From an uncultured Clostridia bacterium (GTDB lineage Bacteria > Bacillota_I > Bacilli_A > RF39 > UBA660): a DNA stretch of 36,321 nucleotides. The position numbers were made by a program, and so were the translations under genes. The notes under the pieces are model-generated. The model was not told the origin of the DNA and did no database searches. It was given only the letters and a program-made list of their open reading frames with translations. Shown piece by piece: positions 27,757-36,321 of this stretch (its first letter is position 1; each line of letters begins with the position of its first letter). The stretch lies in assembly GCA_946533175.1 (NCBI GenBank), contig CAMNBS010000002.1, positions 1 through 36,321 on the forward strand, given 5' to 3'.

Positions 27757-28578
27757 TATCCTGGCCATATGGCTAAGACCAAGAGAGAAATTAAAGAAAA
27801 GTTGGCATTAATTGACATAGTATATGAAATAATTGATTCACGAATGCCAAAGTCAAGTAGAATTATAGATTTAGATGAATTGATTAATGATAAACCAAGA
27901 ATAATGATTTTTACGAAATATGATTTATGTGATAAAAGTATTACTGATAAATATGTTAATGAATATCAAAAAAAATATATTGTTATAAAAACTAATTTAA
28001 AAGAAAATAGTAATATTAATAAATTAATTCTTGATAAAACAGAAGAAATATTAAAAAGCATTAATGAAAAAAGATTGGAAAAAGGACTTAATAAAAGAAA
28101 TTATAGAGCTTTAGTAATTGGAGTTCCTAATGTTGGTAAAAGCACTTTAATTAATCGTTTAGCAGAACGTAATGTTGCTAAAACGGGTAATGTAGCTGGA
28201 GTTACTAAAAACTTGTCATGGATAAAGCTTAATAAGAATATAGAACTTTTGGATACACCAGGTATATTGTGGCCAAAAATAGAAGATGAAATAGTTGGTT
28301 TAAATCTTGCTTCTTTATCAAGTATTAAAGAAGAAATTTTAAATAAAGAGGATATATCAATGTATATAATTAGGACATTATATAATTATTATCCAAAGTT
28401 ATTATTAGATAAATATAAAATAGATAATATTGATGATTTTAATATTGTTTTTGATAGTATTGGAAAAAGAAGAGGTTGTCTTGAAAAAGGTGGTGTTGTA
28501 AATTTGGATAAAGTTTATACCATTATTATAAATGACTTAAAAGAAGGTAAGATTGGTAAAATAACCTTTGATAGATAA
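27727..28578 (+). CDS. rbgA: ribosome biogenesis GTPase A (YlqF/RbgA)
   Basis: INWYPGHMAKTKREIKEKL..ID.V.EI.DSRMP.SSR, circularly permuted G motifs (TKYDL then GVPNVGKSTLIN, DTPG). ATG 27727 preferred over the ORF-track start at 27700. Confidence 0.92.
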   Translation: MNENKTNINWYPGHMAKTKREIKEKLALIDIVYEIIDSRMPKSSRIIDLDELINDKPRIMIFTKYDLCDKSITDKYVNEYQKKYIVIKTNLKENSNINKLILDKTEEILKSINEKRLEKGLNKRNYRALVIGVPNVGKSTLINRLAERNVAKTGNVAGVTKNLSWIKLNKNIELLDTPGILWPKIEDEIVGLNLASLSSIKEEILNKEDISMYIIRTLYNYYPKLLLDKYKIDNIDDFNIVFDSIGKRRGCLEKGGVVNLDKVYTIIINDLKEGKIGKITFDR

Positions 28579-28586
28579 AGAACTAT

Positions 28587-28613
28587 AGAATTATTTTTGT
28601 AATTCTTTTTTTT
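28587..28613 (+). terminator. intrinsic terminator after rbgA
   Basis: AGAATTA-N6-TAATTCT followed by a T-run. Confidence 0.6.
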
Positions 28614-28780
28614 ACATTTGAAAAGGTGGAATAGAAAAATGAAAGTTTTATGTATTGACATAAACATAAAAATATGATTTTTTATTTGTAGAGAATATAG
28701 TAAATTATATTTTTGAAAGTGATGCTGAAAAAGTATTATCTAAAAATGCTGAAAGATTTTTTAGAATATAAGGAGGATTT

Positions 28781-29314
28781 ATGTATTATAAAAAAATAGA
28801 AGGAGAAAAAATTTATTTATCACCAATAAATAGTGATGATTATGAAATATATACAAATTGGATGAATAATTATGATACAGCTAAGTTTATAACCCAATAT
28901 ACAAATATAATAACAGAAAAATCTGAAAAGGATTATTTAGAAAGAATAGAAAATGAAAAATATAATTTTGCTATTGTTGTGAAAGAAAATAATAAATTAG
29001 TTGGGAATATTAGTTTAATGGATTATGATCAATTAAATCAACGGGCAGAATTAGGAATCTTTATAGGAAATAGTGAAGATAGGCATAAAGGATATGGAAC
29101 CGAAGCAATCCAATTGCTTTTAAATTATGCATTTAATTACTTGAATTTAAATAATATATTTTTGAAAGTTTATGATTTAAATAAAAATGCCATTAATGTT
29201 TATAAAAAAATTGGATTTAAGCAAATCGGAAAACGGCATGAATGCTTTTATTTTAATGGACAATTAACTGATGAAATATATATGGAAATTTTAAAAAAAG
29301 AGTATATCAAGTAA
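28781..29314 (+). CDS. GNAT family N-acetyltransferase (RimJ/SpeG-like)
   Basis: RBS AAGGAGG. Motif A region HKGYGTEAIQLLLNYAFNYLNLNNIFLKVYDLNKNAINVYKKIGF. Confidence 0.75.
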   Translation: MYYKKIEGEKIYLSPINSDDYEIYTNWMNNYDTAKFITQYTNIITEKSEKDYLERIENEKYNFAIVVKENNKLVGNISLMDYDQLNQRAELGIFIGNSEDRHKGYGTEAIQLLLNYAFNYLNLNNIFLKVYDLNKNAINVYKKIGFKQIGKRHECFYFNGQLTDEIYMEILKKEYIK

Positions 29315-29696
29315 GGATGTTTTTGATCAAAAGAGTACAAAATTTTATATAATCCTATTGATGTTTGCAATTCCTATAAAGAAAATTCGTATGTTGGTTC
29401 TGGATTAGATATATATTATCCATTTTTTTACGATAATGGTGACATGCCAATAAATCCATCTTTAATATTTCAACCGGTTGTAAGATATTCCAAAAATAAT
29501 TTTTTAGGAAGAGAGAAATATAAGTCATCTATTGCTTTTGTAAATGTATCGTATTTTAAAAGATTTAATGGAAATTTAATTGATGATATAGATAAGATAA
29601 TTAATAAATGATTTTATAGATAAATATATGTTACTAATTAAATAGACTTGATATCAAACGGTATTAAGTCTATTTAAATTTAAAAAATAAAAAAAA

Positions 29697-29770
29697 TTAG
29701 CAATCATATATTGACAAGTGCTAAACATAATATTATAATGAGATTAGCAATCAAAAAAGAAGAGTGCTAT
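29697..29770 (+). promoter_or_regulatory. two CIRCE operators bracketing the hrcA promoter
   Basis: CIRCE-1 is TTAGCAATC-N10-AAGTGCTAA (29697-24), one nt longer than canonical. -35 TTGACA (29711-16), 17-nt spacer, -10 TATAAT (29734-39). CIRCE-2 is TTAGCAATC-N9-GAGTGCTAT (29744-29770). Confidence 0.85.
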
Positions 29771-29785
29771 TTATGGAGGTGAATA

Positions 29786-30784
29786 ATGCTTTCCAAAAGA
29801 CAAAAAGAAATATTGAAATTAATTGTAATTTCTTATATTAAACTTGCTCATCCTGTACCGTCAAGCTTAATTTGTGATAAATTAAAATGTTCTAGTGCGA
29901 CTATTCGAAATGAAATGATGACTTTAGAAGAATTAGGTTATCTTGAAAAAACGCATACATCAAGTGGAAGAGTACCATCCGAAATGGGGTATCGTTATTA
30001 TGTGGATAATTTAATGGAACTTAAGGAATTAAATGGTGAAGATGTTTTCAAATTACAAACAATTTTTGATAATCAACAGTTAGAACTTTCAGATGTTATT
30101 ACAAAGAGTTTACAAATAGTTGCGGATATTACTAGTTATACATCAGTTATTCTAGATGAGAAATCCCATGATAATAAATTAAAAGAAATTAGTGTTGTAC
30201 CAATTAGTAATACTGAAGTAGTTGTTTTGGTGGTAACAGATAAAGGATTTGTTGAACATAAAGATTTAAGACTTACGGATGTTAGCTTAGATGATATTAA
30301 AAATACAGTTAAATTAATTAATGACTTAATTGTTGGAACACCAATAGATGAAATAAATAGTAAACTAGAATTTGAAATTAAACCTATTATTGGAAAATAT
30401 GTTAAACAGCATGAGATGTTATATAATGCTTTCTATGATGTTTTTCAAGATATGTCTACACGAAATATTAATGTTGTTGGGAAAAACAATATTTTCAAAC
30501 ATAAAGAGTTTAATGAAATTGGGAAAGTTCAAGACATCTTTGAAAAATTAGATGATGAAAAGACCATGTTAAGCATTAATGAAAATAATGACCAGAATAA
30601 TCAAAGTGATATTAGTGTTTATATTGGTAAAGAAAATAATTTGGATGATGATGTTACAGTTATCAAAACAAATTATAAAACGGATAAAGATAATGGTACA
30701 ATTGCTATTATTGGACCTAAAAGAATGGAATATTCAAGAGTTGTAAACTTACTTGATTATATAAAAAAACAGATTGAGAGGTAA
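29786..30784 (+). CDS. hrcA: heat-inducible transcription repressor HrcA
   Basis: N-terminal wHTH LSKRQKEILKLIV..Y......PV.S..I........SSATIRNEM..LEELGYLEKTHTSSGRVPS. Position upstream of grpE-dnaK with CIRCE. Confidence 0.9.
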   Translation: MLSKRQKEILKLIVISYIKLAHPVPSSLICDKLKCSSATIRNEMMTLEELGYLEKTHTSSGRVPSEMGYRYYVDNLMELKELNGEDVFKLQTIFDNQQLELSDVITKSLQIVADITSYTSVILDEKSHDNKLKEISVVPISNTEVVVLVVTDKGFVEHKDLRLTDVSLDDIKNTVKLINDLIVGTPIDEINSKLEFEIKPIIGKYVKQHEMLYNAFYDVFQDMSTRNINVVGKNNIFKHKEFNEIGKVQDIFEKLDDEKTMLSINENNDQNNQSDISVYIGKENNLDDDVTVIKTNYKTDKDNGTIAIIGPKRMEYSRVVNLLDYIKKQIER

Positions 30785-30786
30785 CG

Positions 30787-31356
30787 ATGGAAGAAAATAT
30801 TAAAAATGAAGAAGAACAACAAGAAAAATTAGAAAAGTTGAAGAAAAGACATGATCGAAGAAATAAAAGACAAGAAAATAAAGAAGAGCAAGAAAAAAAA
30901 GATGAGATGATAAAAGCTCTTTCTGAAAATGTTCAAGAATTACAAAATAAACTTTTATATCAGCAAGCTGAGTTTGCAAATTATAAACGACGCCGGGAAG
31001 AAGAAACACAGAATATGTTAAAATATAAAAACTTTGATTTTGCACTGGAAATAATCAGTATTGTTGATAGTTTAGAACGTGCTTTAAATGTTCCTTCGGA
31101 AAGAATGTCCTTGGATGTTCAAAAGTATTTAGAAGGATTTAAAATTATGTATAATAATTTGAAAAATATACTTAATAAATTTGAAGTATGTGAGATTGAT
31201 TGCTTAAATAAAAAATTTGATCATAATACTTCCCAAGCCTTGATGACGGAAAAACGTGATGGTGTGGAAGAAGGTATGGTCATCGAAGTATTACAAAAAG
31301 GTTATATGATAAAAGATAAATTATTACGTGCTGCTTTAGTTAAAGTTAGCGAATAA
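30787..31356 (+). CDS. grpE: nucleotide exchange factor GrpE
   Basis: QAEFANYKRR...E and a C-terminal beta domain (V..VLQKGY....K.LR.A.V.V). Confidence 0.9.
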   Translation: MEENIKNEEEQQEKLEKLKKRHDRRNKRQENKEEQEKKDEMIKALSENVQELQNKLLYQQAEFANYKRRREEETQNMLKYKNFDFALEIISIVDSLERALNVPSERMSLDVQKYLEGFKIMYNNLKNILNKFEVCEIDCLNKKFDHNTSQALMTEKRDGVEEGMVIEVLQKGYMIKDKLLRAALVKVSE

Positions 31357-31378
31357 ATTGCTCGAAAGAAAGGAATGA

Positions 31379-33205
<1,827 letters not shown>

Positions 33206-33260
33206 AAGTGAAGTAGTCCTAGTTTACTAGGACCTTTACTTAATATAGGAAAGGAAAAAT

Positions 33261-35057
33261 ATGAAACAGAAAATTCGTAGTGAAATAAATATCAATGATA
33301 CATGGGATTTAACATATATCTTTAAAAATGATGATGAGTTTAATAAGACATTAGAACATGCTCAAAAAGATTTAAAAAAAATAGGTGATTATAAAGGAAG
33401 AATATTAAATAATAGTCAAACACTACTTTCTTTTTTAGAAGTTAGTGATGAAATCGAACGAGAGTTATATAAATTATATTATTATGCTCATTTAAGTTTA
33501 GATGTTGACACTACGAATACCAAATTTCAAGAACAAGAAGGTCGAGTAACTAATTTATTACAGGAATATAGTGTTTTAACTAGTTTTGTTATACCAGAAT
33601 TACTTAAAGAAGATTATAGTATTGTAGAAAAATATTTACAAGAAGAATCAAAATTAGCGAAATATCGCTTTAATTTAGAAAGTATTTATCGCTACAAAAA
33701 ACATTCTTTAAGTGAAGAAATAGAAAAGATGTTATCAACGTTATCCAAGAGTTTCACTAGCGAAGAAACTTTTGAAGCTTTAACTGATGCCGATATGACA
33801 TTTCCAAATATTAAAGTGAATGGTAAAATGGTTGAATTGACAGAAAGTAATTATAATTCTTTTATTCGAAGTCAAGATAGAAATTTACGTAAAAAAGCTT
33901 TTACTAAATTATTAAGTACTTATGAAAAATACAAAAATACACTTGCTAAAACATTTAGTGGTAATGTTGAATTATTAACCAGTATGGCTAAAATAAAGCA
34001 TTTTAATTCTAGTTTAGAAGCTAGTTTATATAAAGATAATATTAATACTGATGTTTACAATAAATTAATTGAAATAATAAATAATAATCTTCCTGTATTA
34101 TATAAATATTATGATTTAAAAAAAGAATGCTTAAAAGTTAATAAATTACATTTATATGATATATATGTTCCAATGGTTGAAAATATTAATAAATCATATA
34201 CTTTTGATGAAGCTAAAGATATTGTTATGAAAGCTTTGAGTGTTTTAGGAGAAGATTATCTTCATAATTTACAGAAAGCTTTTGATGAAAGATGGATAGA
34301 CAAGTATAATTCTAAAGGTAAAAGAGGTGGAGCTTACTCATCTGGATTTTATGATACAAAACCATACTTATTGCTTAATTTTGAAGGAAAATATGAAGAT
34401 GTTACCACACTTGCTCATGAATTAGGTCACTCTATGCATACATATTACTCATGTCATAATCAACCATATAATTTGTCAAGTTATAATATATTTGTAGCTG
34501 AGGTTGCTTCTACTGTTAATGAGCTTTTATTGGTACATTTTTTAATAAAAAAGAGCAAAGATAAAAAGGAAAAATTATTTTTGTTAAATCAGTTAATGGA
34601 ATTATATAAAGGAACTATTTTCCGTCAAGTTATGTTTGCTGAATTTGAGCGTGATATGCATGCTGATTTAGAAAAAGGTAAAATATTGACTAATGAGTAT
34701 CTATCATCTTGTTATTATCGATTAGTAAAAAAGTATTTTGGTGATAATGTTGTTTGTGATGAATTAATAAAAAATGAATGGATGCGAATTCCACATTTCT
34801 ACTATGATTTTTATGTTTACAAATATGCTATTGGATTATCTTGTGCTACCAAAATTGTTCAAGGAATTTTAAATGGTGAAAGAAATGCTTTAGAAAATTA
34901 TTTAAGTTTCTTAAAAACAGGTGGAAGTATGTATCCTGCTGATGAACTTAAAATTGCAGGTGTTTCAGTTTTTGATAATGATGTATATTTAAGCGCAATA
35001 AAAGCCTTTGAGGACATTATCAATGATTTCCATAAAATTTATAATAGTGAGGAGTAA
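33261..35057 (+). CDS. pepF: oligoendopeptidase F (M3B)
   Basis: HELGHSMH zinc motif, 598 aa, M3B-type N- and C-terminal helical pattern. Confidence 0.85.
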   Translation: MKQKIRSEININDTWDLTYIFKNDDEFNKTLEHAQKDLKKIGDYKGRILNNSQTLLSFLEVSDEIERELYKLYYYAHLSLDVDTTNTKFQEQEGRVTNLLQEYSVLTSFVIPELLKEDYSIVEKYLQEESKLAKYRFNLESIYRYKKHSLSEEIEKMLSTLSKSFTSEETFEALTDADMTFPNIKVNGKMVELTESNYNSFIRSQDRNLRKKAFTKLLSTYEKYKNTLAKTFSGNVELLTSMAKIKHFNSSLEASLYKDNINTDVYNKLIEIINNNLPVLYKYYDLKKECLKVNKLHLYDIYVPMVENINKSYTFDEAKDIVMKALSVLGEDYLHNLQKAFDERWIDKYNSKGKRGGAYSSGFYDTKPYLLLNFEGKYEDVTTLAHELGHSMHTYYSCHNQPYNLSSYNIFVAEVASTVNELLLVHFLIKKSKDKKEKLFLLNQLMELYKGTIFRQVMFAEFERDMHADLEKGKILTNEYLSSCYYRLVKKYFGDNVVCDELIKNEWMRIPHFYYDFYVYKYAIGLSCATKIVQGILNGERNALENYLSFLKTGGSMYPADELKIAGVSVFDNDVYLSAIKAFEDIINDFHKIYNSEE

Positions 35058-35066
35058 AGATGTACT

Positions 35067-36188
35067 ATGGAAAAAAGAGATTATTATGAGGTATTAGGAG
35101 TATCTAAAAATGCTTCTGAAGATGAAATCAAAAGTGCCTTTCGAAAACTAGCTAAAAAATATCATCCTGATATAAATAAAGATCCTGATGCTCCAGAAAA
35201 ATTTAAAGAAGTGCAAGAAGCTTATGCTGTTTTATCGGATAAAAATAAACGAAGTCAATATGATCAGTTTGGTCATGCAGCCTTTGAAAATAATGGACAA
35301 GCTGGTTTTGGCGGAGCGGGTGGATTTGATTTTTCGGGCTTTGATATTAATTTAGATGATATTTTAGAAAATGTTTTTGGTAATGGTTATGGTTTTTCTT
35401 CCCGTTCTCGTGGAAAAAGAAAAAGTCGTGGAAGAGATATATTAAAAGAAATAAATCTTACTTTTGAAGAAGCTGTTTTTGGTTGTGAAAAAAATATAAG
35501 TGTTGATGTAAGTAGTAAATGTCCTTCCTGTGATGGAGAAGGTGGTTTTGATAAGTCAACATGTTCAACTTGTCATGGAAGTGGAATGGTTACAAAAGAG
35601 CAATCAACTTTATTTGGTTCTTTTATGACCAAAACAACATGTCCTACTTGTCATGGTGAAGGAAGTACTTATAAAAAACATTGTACTAAATGTCGTGGAA
35701 CCGGAGTTATTAGGGAGAATAAAACATTAACTGTTAAAATTCCAAGTGGAATTGATACCGGAAATCGTCTTCGTTTAAGTGGTAAAGGTGAAGCAAGCAG
35801 TGATGGTGGAGAAAATGGCGATTTGTATTTGGAATTTACTGTTCGAGAACATGATTATTTTAAAAGAGATAATGATGATATTTATTTAGAGGTTCCTCTT
35901 ACTATTACCGAAGCAACCCTTGGATGTAAAAAAGATATTCGTACTATATCAAGTGTTATTACACTAGCTGTTCCATCTGGTACTCAAACGGGTGACAAAG
36001 AGCGTATAAAAAATCGTGGTATTAAAAATAGTACTACCGGAAGAACTGGTGATATGTATATAATTTATAAAGTAATTATTCCTAAAAAGTTAACTCGTGA
36101 ACAGAAAAATTTGTTTGAAAAATTACAAGAAACCAATTTAAATACGACAGAAATAGATAAGTTTAATAACTTTGTAGAAAAAGAGTAA
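35067..36188 (+). CDS. dnaJ: molecular chaperone DnaJ
   Basis: J domain DYYEVLGV...KKYHPD, G/F region, four CxxCxGxG zinc-finger repeats. Confidence 0.95.
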   Translation: MEKRDYYEVLGVSKNASEDEIKSAFRKLAKKYHPDINKDPDAPEKFKEVQEAYAVLSDKNKRSQYDQFGHAAFENNGQAGFGGAGGFDFSGFDINLDDILENVFGNGYGFSSRSRGKRKSRGRDILKEINLTFEEAVFGCEKNISVDVSSKCPSCDGEGGFDKSTCSTCHGSGMVTKEQSTLFGSFMTKTTCPTCHGEGSTYKKHCTKCRGTGVIRENKTLTVKIPSGIDTGNRLRLSGKGEASSDGGENGDLYLEFTVREHDYFKRDNDDIYLEVPLTITEATLGCKKDIRTISSVITLAVPSGTQTGDKERIKNRGIKNSTTGRTGDMYIIYKVIIPKKLTREQKNLFEKLQETNLNTTEIDKFNNFVEKE

Positions 36189-36274
36189 AGTGTCAATAAT
36201 TTTGATACTTTTTCTTTTATATTATAGACAATTATAAGATTATTTGATACAATGTAATTATCATAGGAGATAGT

Positions 36275-36321
36275 ATGAAAAAAAGTCAAAAAAATAAATT
36301 AATTAATATTGTTGGTATTAC
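36275..36321 (+). CDS. 5' end of an unidentified CDS (MKKSQKNKLINIVGI...), runs off the window
   Basis: RBS AGGAGA at 36265-36270, then ATG 36275. Too short to identify. Confidence 0.35.
   Translation, partial: MKKSQKNKLINIVGI

Overview
AT-rich, standard-code chromosome segment of low-GC Firmicutes type. The gene content and surface-protein families look Erysipelotrichia/Bacilli-like, but the taxon is inference. Nearly all genes are on the + strand.

Housekeeping backbone: the 3' end of tRNA-Arg(CCU), rplS-lepB, an NfnAB/GltA-like oxidoreductase pair, dxs (- strand), an ABC exporter, rbgA, a GNAT, and a CIRCE-controlled hrcA-grpE-dnaK-pepF-dnaJ operon.

The striking region is 13.0-27.8 kb. 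The promoter, RBS and first ~9 codons of rbgA occur five times in direct orientation, and only the last copy continues into an intact rbgA. These copies delimit at least four co-oriented cargo cassettes:
- cassette 1: Bro-N + DUF6870-like genes, then T-box-valS
- cassette 2: split RhuM + VOC
- cassette 3: a ParB'/RuvB'/LtaS' pseudogene mosaic, a BspA-type LRR surface protein, and a damaged GT2 fused to the tail of a large serine recombinase
- cassette 4: ASCH + TIR

Each cassette also carries its own co-varying copies of an rbgA-like half-site at a fixed spacing of about 155 bp. I read the region as a decayed, recombinase-less accretion array at an attachment site in the rbgA 5' end. The ASCH-TIR pair is the best candidate for an uncharacterised defence module.

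No CRISPR array, rRNA gene, or intact integrase/transposase was seen. All homology calls come from motif recognition by eye, not database searches.
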